Assembly (NCBI RefSeq): GCF_006345805.1
Contig: NC_043015.1
Coordinates: forward strand, 46,066,001 to 46,130,000
Direction of reading: 5' to 3'
DNA length: 64,000 bases
Source: Octopus sinensis
Taxonomy: Eukaryota
This document shows positions 13,728 through 27,075 of this stretch, piece by piece. Within the stretch, counting starts at the first letter, position 1; each line of letters opens with the position of its first letter. The translations under genes were made by a program, and so were the position numbers. The notes under the pieces are model-generated. The model was not told the DNA's origin. It did no database searches and saw only the letters and a list, made by a program, of their open reading frames with translations.

Positions 13728-14247
13728 CACAGCACACATTATCTTCCCAAACCTATTTTTACACTCGAGATAAAGATCTCTGTGGGCGGTATGGTTGACA
13801 TACAGATACAACAGAGCGCCAAATATATTTGTTGGTAGCAAGTTCAGGCCTTTAAAAGATTTCTGTCTTCACACGAAATACCCTACTTTCTCGGTCGGGC
13901 TGAGCGCAGTGGAACAAAAGGAAAATTTAGGGATGTCAAAAACTGGGGTTGCATAAAATGCCTGAAGGTGAGGTGAGGTAGCAGTTTGGTGGTGCAGGCA
14001 GTTGGCTGTTCCACAACCTCTGCATGAAATACTGCCAAGAGTAAAACCCGAACTTCTAGAGTAGTAACCTTCTCACTGTCACCTCTAATGACAAACCCCA
14101 CCGGTTCCCCACCCCCATCACTATACCCCATCAGTACGCTGCTCTGACACTCTCCACCTCCAAATGACATTTTACCTAACTTCAACAATGCTTACCTAGC
14201 ATGCATATATATATATATACAAAATAAGCAACAAGAATGACTCCGGT

Positions 14248-14338
14248 AATTTGGTACGATCGTTTCGTACTACATCATTTTATTAAATGTTGTAAGTATT
14301 ACAACAGTTTTAAAATGCTGAGCACTCATCAGCCAATT
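14248..14338 (-). ncRNA. Type I hammerhead ribozyme fold, canonical core
   Basis: Minus strand: AATTGG-CTGATGA-GTGC...(CATTTTA/TAAAATG, TGTTGTAA/TTACAACA)...GTAC-GAA-ACGATCGT-A-CCAAATT; GUA cleavage triplet. Confidence 0.75.
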
Positions 14339-14661
14339 ATAGAGGTCTTCCATTAATACAAAAATTTTCATATCAATTTCTGGTGCATCTAAATTAAGTA
14401 CCATATTCATTTGAATCTATATATATATATATATTTCTTTTATTCTTTTACTTGTTTCAGTCATCTGACTGTGGTCATGCCGGAACACTGCCCTGAAGGG
14501 TTTTTAGCCAAACAAATCGACCCAGGACTTTTTTTTTTTAAAGCCTAGTACTTATTCAATTGGCCTTTTTGCCGAACCACTAAGTTACGTGGGATGTAAA
14601 CACACCAATGCCAGATGTCAAGTGATGGTGAGGGGACAAACACAGACAATGACACACAAAC

Positions 14662-14707
<46 letters not shown>

Positions 14708-15288
14708 GGGAAAGTTTACGAAAAAAAACAAAAGACGAAGACAGGTGGTGTACAAAACAAACAGATGTATTAGTATAGAAAAAGTCTTTAACGTTTCAAG
14801 CCTATGCTCTTCTACAGAAAGGTACACAGAAAAAACAAGGAGAGAAAAAAATGTGTGTAGTGGCTAACGATCTATCATATACACACACATACATACATAC
14901 ATACACACACACATGATGGGCTTCTTTCAGTTTCTGTCTGCCAAATCCATTCACAAGGCTTTGGTCAGCTATAGTACATGATACTTGCCCAAGGTACCAC
15001 ACAGTGGGACTGAACCTGGAACCAAGTGTCTCACCACACAGCCACACCTGCACCTATACATATACACACCTTGTGATGCAAGTAAATTCAAGTAAGTAAT
15101 TAATACGCAGAGTAAAAGCAAGCACAATATTGGAACTGGTCCTTGCTTCTGGTAAAAAACCAGTCACAAGAAAAACTGACCACAAGGACACATGATGCAC
15201 AAATGCAGGTTCCCACACAGTTGTAGAAATACAGACATTAACAGAAAGGCACAAACACAGATACACACTAATATACATAGTCATGTAC

Positions 15289-15343
<55 letters not shown>

Positions 15344-15735
15344 CGCAGGAGTGGCTGTGTGGTAAGTAGCTTGCTTACCAACCACATGGTTCCGGGTTCA
15401 GTCCCACTGCATGGCATCTTGGGCAAGTGTCTTCTACTATAGCCTCGGGCCGACCAAAGCCTTGTGAGTGGATTTGGTAGACGGAAACTGAAAGAAGCCC
15501 GTCGTATATATGTATATATATGTGTGTGTATGCTTGTGTGTCTGTGTTTGTCCCCCTAGCATTGCTTGACAACCAATGCTGGTGTGTTTACATCGCCATC
15601 ACTTAGCGGTTCGGCAAAAGAGACCGATAGAATAAGTACTGGGCTTACAAAAGAATAAGTCCCGTGGTCGATTTGCTCGAATAAAGTCGGTGGTCCAGCA
15701 TGGCCACAGTCAAATGACTGAAACAAGTAAAAGAG

Positions 15736-15771
<36 letters not shown>

Positions 15772-16100
15772 TACTGGCATACACATACTCTCTGATACAA
15801 ACATGTATATATACAAACAGATATATATATACACAGATGCAGGTACACCACGCAAAGATACAAACACACCATCAAATTAATACATGTAAACAAACAAACA
15901 ATCTGTATACAATGAACTTACCCCAAAGCAATGCGAACCCAGCCTCCCAAGGAAGGCGGGGAAGGGTTATCATCAAGGGTGGCGGGAGGCTTTCTCTTCC
16001 TCTGACTCACTCGGATTGGGTTTGTATCAGTGCTGAATAGACCATCACCTTGGCTGTCTGAACTGCTACTCACTTCGGTCCCTGGGGAAGAGAAATAATA

Positions 16101-16146
<46 letters not shown>

Positions 16147-16232
16147 AATAATAAATAAATAATAAAAAATAAATAAATATATATATCCGCAGCTAGCAGG
16201 TTTATACAGGTGTAGACCGATGATGGGCAAAG

Positions 16233-16439
16233 ACATCCGACTTCGATAGGAAAATGCTCCACTTTCCAGCCTGCGTCTTCACATTCCTCGAGGAGGTTTA
16301 CATAACGGTTCAATTTTCGAGCCCGTGCGGCGTCCATATTATCTTCATGAGGAACCCGTTAGCTCGACTGTATTTACAACTTTCCTTCTTTCACACCACA
16401 TCGAAATATCTGGTTTTTTTTCGTAACTGGGATGGGAAA
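16233..16439 (-). pseudogene. Relic of the restriction-like endonuclease (REL) domain of a non-LTR retrotransposon (HERO/NeSL/R2-type)
   Basis: With two frameshift corrections it reads FPIPVTKK-PDISMWCERRKVVNTVELT-VPHEDNMDAARARKLNRYVNLLEECEDAGWKVEHFPIEVGC, matching the PD..ELT(V)P.E.N....RK..KY...GW.V...P.EVG pattern. Confidence 0.75.
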
Positions 16440-16606
16440 GAAAAAGCTATGACAAGAGAAGCTAGTTACTGATGTTGAATAAAACCTTCACTTTTTGGCT
16501 ATTTTGAAATAACGGTTGAGTTTTTCATTCCGCAGAATGAAGAATTTAAACAGCAGCAGCCTCATTTGTGTTTGGGTTTTGCTTCCTTTCCGTGCCTGCC
16601 GCAGGA

Positions 16607-16755
16607 CTAGCAGGGTGGAGGGGGCGGGGATGGGGGCGGTTGAACATGATAATGCAAAGATGGATGAAACCTTGAACAATACCCGACGCTTTCCATCAAG
16701 TTAAAATGGGCGTCCGTGGAAGGTGAAGTACATTCCATTCCATTCCACTTCTCCC
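16607..16755 (-). CDS. Candidate terminal exon EKWNGMECTSPSTDAHFNLMESVGYCSRFHPSLHYHVQPPPSPPPPPC*
   Basis: Acceptor cctacag; the phase-1 frame is open for 48 codons to TAG. Other phases give shorter termini (e.g. GEVEWNGMYFTFHGRPF*). Confidence 0.35.
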
Positions 16756-17456
16756 CTGTAGGTAACAGACATGCTGTGTAATTGATGAGTTGATGAAGAT
16801 GCTGCTAACGTGTAAGACCGAGTACAATCTCAGCTGTGAGTGAAAACACACGCACAACTGCAGGAAAGGGGAGGTGCTGCTGCAACAACAACAACAACAA
16901 TTTTTTTTTTAAATAATTTTAAAAATACATCTTTATCGTCTCTGTGTTTTAATCATAGGACGGTGGCCATGCTGGGGCATTGCCGTGAACACTTTTAGAG
17001 GAAACAATTTGACCCTGGTACTTATGTTTTTTTTCCCCCAAGTTTGGTATTTATTCTATTAGTTTCTTTAACCAAACTACTGTTATGGGGATGTAAACAA
17101 ACTGGGTGCAGGAGTGACTGTGTGGTAAGTAACTTGCTTACCAACCACATGGTTCCAGGTTCAGTCCCACTGCGTGGCACCTTGGGCAAGTGTTTTCTAC
17201 TATAGCCTCGGGCCGACCAAAGCCTTGTGAGTGGATTTGATAGACGGAAACTGAAAGAAGCCTGTCGTATATATGTATATATATATGTATGTGCGTGTGT
17301 TTATATGTTTGCATTTGTCCCCCCAACATTGCTTGACAACCGATGCTGGTGTGTTTATGTCCCACTGGTATCACAACTACAATTTCCATTGATTTTTGAG
17401 CGATTTCGATTCCGATTTCACTTGTTAACAAGGGCCGAAGAAATAACATCAAGTAC

Positions 17457-17559
17457 TGGATAGCGGGGAAGGGACTCCTAACAGAGTGTTAGGAGAGGTG
17501 GCTGTGTCTGAGCCCCTGGTCCCACAAGCTACAGCTAATGAGAATGGGAACACCCATTC
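17457..17559 (-). CDS. Candidate exon EWVFPFSLAVACGTRGSDTATSPNTLLGVPSPLS
   Basis: Acceptor ttttttaag; donor gtactt; 103 nt, phase 0-1. No homology evidence. Confidence 0.3.
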
Positions 17560-18326
17560 CTTAAAAAATCAACAAGGAAAAAAAAAAAAAACACAGCAAG
17601 ACTGTCACAGTTCAATTGCTTTTCCATCATAGCTCTGTTCAATCAACAACAAAAACCAGAAAGAAAAAAAAACCCCCAAAAAACTTTCAGTGACAAGACA
17701 TGCACAAGCACATCTACTATTGCTGAGTTTGAACCCCCGATGCAAAAACCATAAGAAGTTACTGCCGTTTTTTCAACAGTGAAAGTAGGTCACACAACTT
17801 ATATATATATATATAAAACCATCCCCCACCACCACCACAAAAAAAAAAGTTTGTTTCTTGAGACTGCTACAAGAAATATTTAAAAAGTCATGTAACGTTA
17901 TATGTACAACAGAAATATAATATAATATAATATAATATAATATAATATAATATAATATAATATAATATAATATATATATTCACGTTCACATTCACACAAA
18001 GAAATTATTCAGCATTGCATCACATATCTAATTTGCTGTCTTCTTGCTGAAACGGGACACTTTGGACTAGATTTGCACACATGTGTAAAGCAGTGTGTGT
18101 GTGTGCGTGTGCATGTGTGTGTGAGAATGTGTGTGTGTGGCGAGAGTCTGTTGCTCACCACTCCCATAGACAAAAGCATGTCTTTCTCTTTGCAGCTCCC
18201 GACCAATCAAACGTTCCTTCAGTATTGTGTGCTTGTGTGTCTGTGTGTCACATATCTCCCAGTCTTTCCCTTTTTTTTCAGTTTTTCTTTACCTGTGAAA
18301 GAGAGAATGAGTGTATGTGCGTATCC

Positions 18327-18361
<35 letters not shown>

Positions 18362-18654
18362 TATATACACACACACATATATATACACACACACACACAT
18401 ATATATATATATACACACATATATACACACACACACATATATATACACACACAGCTAGTTTACAGAGGTATAGATACTCTGTCTAAACCCAAAGAAATTA
18501 ATGACCCATGAACATTGCTTTATGTGTATGTGTGTATGTGTCTGTGTGTGTACACAAACACACACATCGCTGGGTAAAAAATTAGGACACACACACACCA
18601 GTTCACATAGATGATTAAGGCATACTAGCAATGGATCGACTTTCAACAAGAATA

Positions 18655-18710
<56 letters not shown>

Positions 18711-20012
18711 GAGTCTTACTTTTCTCTCAAATTACCACAAAGCTCTCTTTCTTTCAAATCGTTTCATGCCAATGTTTGCCATATTAACAAAAAGGTGTGA
18801 TGATCCCTATTTCCCAAATTTGAACATTTGCATATTGTTAGGTAAAAAAAAAAAGGAAGGAGGAGGAGGAAGAGGAGGAGGGGGGAGATAATGAGAAAAT
18901 TTATTTTATTTTGCCCTCCCCCCATATCAAACCCCCCCACCCCATTCAGTACACATCCCACATCCCACCCAACTTTTTTTCCTAACAGCCAGATGCCTTT
19001 TCTTACCATTAATTACTGAACCATGAAATAGAAGTGGCACCTGCTTTTTCAGAAAAAAAAGAAAAAAAACTAGGCAGACTAGAGTATGCAGCCTCATGTC
19101 CCTCACCCAAGAAATAGCTTGGCACACAAACACACACACACACACACACACACCAATGGGGTACCTACGACAGGAGGCTTAACCCTTCAGTTTTCACATT
19201 ATTCTGTCAAAAGCAATGCTTATCTTTATTCTGTTATTCTTTCACACGTTTCAGCTATTTGATTGTGGCCAAGCAGGAAAACTGCCCCAAAGGGTTTTAG
19301 TCGCAGAAATCAACCCCAGGACTTATTCGTTGTAATCGACCCCAGTACTTATTCTATCAGTCTCTTTTGCTGAACCACTAAGTTACATGGAATGTAAACA
19401 CAGCAACATCGGTTGTCAAGCGACATACACACACACACACACACAAATAAATATATATATATATATATATATATTTAAAACAAGCTTCTTTCAGTTTCTG
19501 TCTACCAAATCCACTCACAAGGCTTCGGTTGGCCCAAGGCTATAGTAGAAGACACTTGCCCAAGGTGCTACGCAATGGGAATGAACCCCTAATTTTTCAG
19601 GGCAGTGTCCCAGCATGGCAACAGTCTAATGACTGAAACAGGTAAAAAATAAAATGTGTGTGTGTGCTTCTGTTTATACACACACATCGGGGACTTAATG
19701 AGTATGGAAGAACGACAGACAAAACCAAATATCATTCATCCTCAGCAGCAGTAGTATTTATTATTCACATACGTACACGCGTGTGTGTTTGTGTTTCTCT
19801 GTCTTGGCATCGTGTAACAGTTGTAAACAAGTGTCACCATCACATAAGCAGTCTGTCATGACATTGCGTGATGGCCGTACACTATGTGTCACTATCGTAT
19901 AAACAGTGTCGCTAATTCCCAATAACTTGTGAAAACACAACCTGACAAAAAAATGTTGAATCGTTAGCACCAAACACGCAATTTCTTTCTCTCCTTGTTT
20001 CTTTTCTGTGTA

Positions 20013-20050
20013 TCTTTCTGTCGAAGAGCGTAGGCTCGAAACGTAAAAGA
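20013..20050 (+). ncRNA. Minimal hammerhead-like motif with variant core CUGUCGA(A), in a Penelope-like repeat (19960-20140)
   Basis: TCTTT-CTGTCGAA-GAGC-GTAG-GCTC-GAAAC-GTA-AAAGA. Relatives on the minus strand at 28068-28105, 45728-45765, 14785-14822 and 895-935; half-motif at ~60495-60512. Confidence 0.55.
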
Positions 20051-22334
20051 CTTGTTTTATTTCTATTCCTGAGCGCCATACTAATACATTGTTTGTTTGT
20101 ACTCCACCTGCCTTCGTCTTTTGTTTATTTTCGTTAACCTTCCCGAGAAATTTATCAGCTTGCTTAGAAATCGGTGAGGGTTGGTAACAGTGAAGGGCAC
20201 CTGGCCACAGAAAATCTTGCCTGAATAAACTCCAGCCAACCCATGCAAGCATGGAAAAGTGGACGTTAAAACAAGGATGACAATGATTATGATGTTACTG
20301 TTTTATGCTTATATTTCATGCTGTTTTTTTCTAATCCATTGATTCTTTCCCCCCTTATCAACTGCTAAGCTGTATGTCAGCCTTTGTGACTGTCTTCCTC
20401 ATTTGTCACTTTAGTAGTATGTTAAAGAAATCACCAGAGGGTGTTGGGGGTGGATTGGCAGAATGGTTAGAGCACTAGAAAAAATGCCATGAAGGCTTTT
20501 TTTTTCTTTCTTTCTTGGCACTACTCTTTTACTCTTTTACTTGTTTCAGTCATTTGACTGCGGCCATGCTGGAGCGCTGACTTTAGTCGAGCAAATCGAC
20601 CCCGAGACTTATTCTTTGTAAGCCCAGTACTTATTCTATCAGTCTCTTTTGCCGAACTGTTAAGTGACTGGGACTCTTTTGCCGAACCATTAAGTGACGG
20701 GGACGTAAACACACCAGCATCGGTTGTCAAGCAATGCTAGGGGGACAAACACAGACACACAAACACAGACACAACAAATACATATATATGACAGGCTTCT
20801 TCCAGTTTCCATCTGCCAAATCCACTCACAAGGCATTGGTCGGCTCGGGGCTATAGCAGAAGACACTTGCGCAAGGTGCCACGCGGTGGGACTGAACCCG
20901 GAAACATGTGGTTGGTAAGCAAGCTACTTACCACACAACCACTCCCTGATTGAGAAACATTGAAAAAACAGCAGCAGTCACACATTGAAACTGATAAAAT
21001 AGAATTCTTTCTCCACTAAAAGAACTTCTGTCAGCTGGCAGAACTGTTAGTGTTGGACAAAATACTTTATGCTATTCATTCCAGCCCTTCATATTCTGAG
21101 TTCAAATTCTGCTAAGGTCAACTTTACCTTTCATCTCACTAGGATCAATAAAATAAAGCACCAGTCAAGAATTTTTTTTTTTGTTCCTTCTCGAGCCATG
21201 CCTGGCTCATATTGGCCGGGACACCAGTCCGTCGCAGGTGAGCTGCAAGATGCAGGAGGAAAGAGTGAGAGAAAGTTGTGGCAAGAGAGTCAGCAGAAGT
21301 TCACTATTACCTTCTGCCAGAGCCGCGTGAAGCTTAGGTGTTTCGCTCATAAACATACACATTGCCCTGTCTGAAATTCGAACCCGCGATCCCTCAACCT
21401 CGAGTCTGCTGCTCTAACCACTAGGCCATGTGCCTCCACCAGTCAAGAATAGGAGCTGATGGTACTAATTAACCAACCAACACCTCCCTTCAAAACTGCT
21501 AAGTTTTGTGCCTTAAATCAGAAACCATTATCACTGTTTCTAAGACAGGTACAAAGTCAGAGGTGGGTGGGTGGGTGGAGGTGGGGAACTAGTCAAATCA
21601 ACCCCCCAGTATTTGGCAAGGACTTTGTTTTATGGCCCAAGAGGAACGAAAGGCAAAGTTGGTTCAGCACAGGGTGGAAACAGACAGTGGCGCCGCAACT
21701 AGTCTGACAAAAAAAAAAAAAAAAAAAAAAAAATTGCTGGCCTTGTGTCCACCACAGCAGAAAGAATTGTCATCAATATAATCAAGATAATGATGGATTT
21801 GCCATTCCACCTTCCACAAGTATTGCTCGGTCAAGAGAAAAATGTCAATACCATCTGTAACAAAACGCTAGAAAATGAAGACTAATTAACAAGACATCTT
21901 GGATTCCTAATTAAAGTAATTTCATTTGGGCGGGAAAGGAATGGCACCCGTAGAACTACACCCCTCCCCCCTTACACCGTCTCTTAAAATTCTCATGCTT
22001 TGAGAATATGCAAAAACCATCATCATCATCATCAACCACTCCCACCCCCAACACCTCTGCTGCTACTGCTGCTGCAAAGGATGTCTGAAACACAGTAAGA
22101 AACGTGACCCTGTTTTGAATTAAACAACAAAATTACTTCAGAGAAAGAGAAAGGAAGAATGAAAGAATAAAAACACAATTTAAAAGAAGGAAAAAAAGGA
22201 TTAAATATCAAAAGATATAACACACACACACACATGGAGGGGGGGGGAAGAGGAGAGATTAAGAAGAGAAAACAAAAGTGATAGAGATCAAATTTCATTA
22301 AAAAAAAAAAAAAATGAAGAAAAGACAAAGAAGG

Positions 22335-22365
<31 letters not shown>

Positions 22366-22543
22366 TTGGTATTGGTATCACAGCTGAAGAGTTAAAATAA
22401 TTAAACCCGTAAAGTAATAAAAGCAACGAAACACCCCTATTAAATAATTGGTACCATGGGAACAGACTGAAACTGAATTCCACATTAGCCAAAAAAAAAA
22501 AAAACAAATAAATAAATTTAAAAAAAAATTTAAATTACATGGA

Positions 22544-22577
<34 letters not shown>

Positions 22578-22881
22578 GTGTGTGTCGGTGGGTGGGAGAC
22601 AGATTCAAGGTTGGTTCACATCTGGCTAGAACAGCAAAAATATTTCTGAGCAAGAACACAAGAAGTAAGTAAATAAATAAATAAATAAATGGTAGCTAAA
22701 AGAAAAATTAAAAAAGATTCTTTTTATCCAGACTCAAGAGTGTAATTCTACCCTTTTTGAGAAGGAGCGGGTACATGCGAACTGAGAAAGCGATCATCAT
22801 CGAGTATCAGCAGAATATAAAGGGGGGGAAGGAGAAAAGGAGCAACATGAACGGAGAGGTGAGAGCTTGGTGAAATAGTAC

Positions 22882-23012
22882 CCCTGACCTGTGTGGGCGT
22901 GTGAATGTGTGTGTGTGTGTGTTGTCTTCTGTTGAAGGTTTTCCTATAGCAGGGTCAAGCTCAGGAATGTCTGAGACAAGACAGTGAGAACTGACCTCAA
23001 GGAATGAGAAAT
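22882..23012 (-). CDS. Candidate exon (D)FSFLEVSSHCLVSDIPELDPAIGKPSTEDN...
   Basis: Acceptor ttcattcag, phase 1, compatible with 27076. Donor ambiguous: gtacta at 22882 (phase 0) or gtcagg at 22889 (phase 2). Confidence 0.45.
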
Positions 23013-23872
23013 CTGAATGAACCAGAAATGATATACACAGATATACTGTTGGCTGAGCGTTCCAGTTGATATGATCAACCAAATAGTCTTGTTTCTTTAT
23101 TGCCCACAAAGGGGCTAAACAAGGACAGACAAAGGGATTAAGCCGATTACATCAACCCCAGTGCATAACTGGTACTTAATTTATCGACCCCGAAAGGATG
23201 AAAGGCAAAGTCGACCTCGGTGGAATTTGAACTCAGAACGTAACGGCAGATGAAATACAGCTAAGCATTTCGCCCGACGTGCTAACGTTTCTACCAGCTT
23301 GCCGCCTTTAGTCTGCTCCTGAAATTAGCATGCAAGTGGCTGAGTATTCCACAGACACGCGTACCCTTAACCCTTTAGTATTTAAACTGGCTGTATCCAG
23401 CCTAAAATTTTCCACCAGTTTTATGTTCAAACTGGCCAGATATGGCCTGTCATGCCTACCTAACAATGTCATTGTAAAAATAAGCAATCACCCACTACAC
23501 TCTCGGAGTGGTTGGCGTTAGGAAGGGCATCCAACTGTAGAAACTCTACCAGATCAAGATTGGAGCCTGGTGCAGCCATCTGGTTCGCCAGCCCTCAGTC
23601 AAAGTCGTCCAACCCATGCTAGCATGGAAAGCAGACGTTAAACGATGATGATGATGATGGCATTACTGAAATCTACAAGATAATGCATGCTTAATTCAAT
23701 GTGAATATATAGGCGCAGGAGTGGCTGTGTGGTAAGTAGCTTGCTTACCAACCACATGGTTCCAGGTTCAGTCCCACTGTGTGGCATCTTGGGCAAGTGT
23801 CTTCTGCTATAGCCCCGGGCCGACCAATGCCTTGTGAGTGGATTTGGTAGACGGAAACTGAAAGAAGCCTGT

Positions 23873-23929
<57 letters not shown>

Positions 23930-25493
23930 TTGTGTGTCTGTGTTTGTTCCCCTAGCATTGCTTGACAACCAATGATGGTGTGTTTACATCCCCGTCACTT
24001 AGCGGTTCGGCAAAAGAGACCGATAGAATAAGTACTGGGCTTACAAAGAATAAGTCGACTAAAGGTGGTGCTCCAGCATGGCCGCAGTCAAATGACTGAA
24101 ACAATTAAAAGAGTAAAGAGTATATAAGCATTGCATTTGCCAGAGTAATCTAATTAACAGAGTTCTCGGGGGAGATTCAGCATAACACGATGTGACAAGG
24201 TTGGCCCCTTTGAATAACGAGTACAACTCAGTTTTGCCAGCTGAATGGACTGGGGCAACAAGAAATAAAGTGTCTAGCTGAAGGGCTCAACATGCCAACA
24301 GGAACAGAACTGATAACCTTACGATCAGGAGTCAAACACCCTTGCTATTAAGCCATGTGCCTTCACACAGAAGGGTATATTGCAAACTGGTTTAACCAAT
24401 ACCGTTTTCTATAGCGATGTTTGAACAAAAATTTTAATAATTTTATATTTTGCTGAATTTACCTGTATTTACCTGCAATTAGAGTTACTTTGTGACAAAA
24501 ATTATGGGATAGAATTGGTTGAGAACCTTTCATTAAATTATCTTCCAAAATTCACATTAATATATTGATAAATAAAAAAGTTATAGTTGTTTAATGAAAC
24601 CAGACTAAATTTATGATTATGTTAGAAATTAATTGAAACACATAAGGGGTGTATTTTGGTCAGAAATATAGTAACGAAAGGGTTAAGCTATGTGCCTCCA
24701 CACAGAAGGTATATTGCAAACTGGTTTAACCAATATTAGCAGGTATAAATGCACGTGGCCCCTATTACAAATATATACACTATTTTTAAGGGTTCATATT
24801 TAAATTAAATCTGTTCATCAATAATTAGCATGCTAAATAAAAAATAATAATAAAATATTCATTAAATTGTGTTGCAAACAGCAGCTAAATAGCAGAAACC
24901 AGTTTAATTAAGTAAGCATTAAGAAACTAATTAGAAATAATTAAAAAAGTGAACATTAAAAAGCTAATCAGAATTAAGCAGTGAGGAAATATTAATTATT
25001 AAATATTACTATAATGTTATGACTACCTTATTTGATGGCCTATAAGATGCATTTTTTTCCCCCCTCAAAAAATGCTTTGCAAAACCAGCCCAGGTCCTAA
25101 TTGCAAAATTAGGGCTCCCATAAGCTTTAATGCACTAAAATCTTTTTTTTTTTCTTGAAATATGCATGGCTGAAATTGGAGTTCATCTAATATCATCATC
25201 ATCTTCGTTTAGCGTCTGTTTTCCATGCTAGCATGGGTTGGACGGTTCAACTGGGGTCCGGGAAGCCAGAAGGCTGCTCCAGGCCCAGTCTGATCTGGCA
25301 ATGTTTCTACGGCCGGATGCCCTTCCTAATGCCAACCACTCCATGAGTGTAGTGGGTGCTTTTTACATGCCACTGGCACAGGTGCCAGACGAGGCTGGCA
25401 AACGGCCATGATCGGATGGTGCTTTTTACGTGCCACTGGCACGGGGCTTTTTGGATTTTTAACAACATAGAAGTTTATTTCAGCTACTTCGGT

Positions 25494-25680
25494 GGAGGCG
25501 CGTGGCTTAGTGGTCAGGGTGTCAGCATCATGATCGTAAGATTGTGGTTTTGATTCCTGGACCAGGCGACGTGTTGTGTTCTTGAGCAAAACACTTCGTT
25601 TCCCGTTGTCCAGTTCACTCAGCTGGCAAAAATGAGTAATGCTGCGATGGACTGGCGTCCCAACCAGCTGGGGAACATGG
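25494..25680 (+). mobile_element. tRNA-derived SINE family C
   Basis: GGAGGCGCGTGGCTTAGTGG A box, B-box-like GGTTTTGATTCC, then TGTTCTTGAGCAAAACAC. Related copies at 43850-44180, 48325-48447, 48929-49080 (+) and 21290-21440 (-). Confidence 0.75.
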
Positions 25681-27075
25681 CTAGGCTTTAAAAGGGCGCA
25701 TTTATTTATTTTTTTTATTTATTTCAGTAAGTGCAGGAGATAACATGTTTCGGCATTATTAGACCTTTTTAGGGAAGCACTGACTCTACTGTAGTTGATG
25801 AGATAGTGTTGAGAGAATCATTAGGCAGATGTACATACAATAAGGTACTCAAGTTAACATGAAAATTTGCACCAGATGGAATATACTGAGAGGAAATTCA
25901 CTCTCAAAGACGACCATTAATAACGAAATAGAAATTTATTTACTAAGCCCTTTCAAAGACTTGCTAATTAATCTTCAATTTTAATTGAAACAGATAAGCG
26001 GTATGTTTCATTAGAAATATAGTTAATTGGGATGTGCATCCAATAATGATGAGGAGGAGGAAGCAGATGAGTTACAGATGATCGTGTTTATGATACCATG
26101 CTAAACTAACAGCAGGAGAAAAAAATAAAATCAGTATTTTATATTCTGATTCTGCCACCATTCTTAAGTCTCATCATAATAACTGGTATTCAGCATCCCC
26201 TTTTCCATGCTGGCATGGGTTGAACAGTTCGACAGAAACCAAAATGCCAGAGAGCTGTACCAGTATCTGCTTTGGCATACTTTCTACAGCTGGATGCCTT
26301 TCCTAAGGCCAAACACTTTACAGAGTGTACTGGGTGCATTTTTTCATGGCACCAACACCTGTGGGGTCACCAAGGAATGCACAATACAAAATTGGCTCAA
26401 CTGAGTTGGGTATAGTTACTGAACAATGTGAAAGTATGATACATGGGAAGAAATAGGTGTCTTGCTGAAGAGATGAATGCACAGCTTCCTTAGATAGGGA
26501 GACAGAGAAACAGACAGAGATGGTGATTGTACTCTCAAGGAACTTGCAGTTTAAGAAACTCTCTACAGCTTAGTTCAACTACTTGGGAGAAAGTATCAGA
26601 AGAGAAGGAAAACAAAAAGGCAGCATCAATCAGTTTATTACATCAATTACTGTAACATTCAAGGTGGCACAAGCTGGCAGAATCGTTAGCATGCCAGGCG
26701 AAATGCTTAGCAGCCATTTCATCCATCTTTACGTTCTTGTGAGTGGATTTGGTAGACGGAAACTGAAAGAAGCCCATCGTATATATATGCGTGCGTGTGT
26801 TTGTGTGTCTGTGTTTGTCCCCCTAGCATTGCTTGACAACCGATGCTGGTGTGTTTATGTCCCCGTTACTTAGTGGTTCGGCAAAAGAGACCGATAGAAT
26901 AAGTACTGGGCTTACAAAAGAATAAGTCCCGGGGGTCGATTTGCTCGACTAAAGGCGGTGCTCCAGCATGGCCGCAGTCAAAATGACTGAAACAAGTAAA
27001 AGAGTAAAGAGTAATGCCCATAATGTCAAAAACAAAGAAAAAAAAATAAAGAGTTTAACTGAAAGAAAATCTTAC

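Noticed and set aside
21355-21440. tRNA genes (also at 25494, 43850, 48929)
   Set aside because: The A/B boxes run into shared SINE bodies, and no complete cloverleaf is evident.
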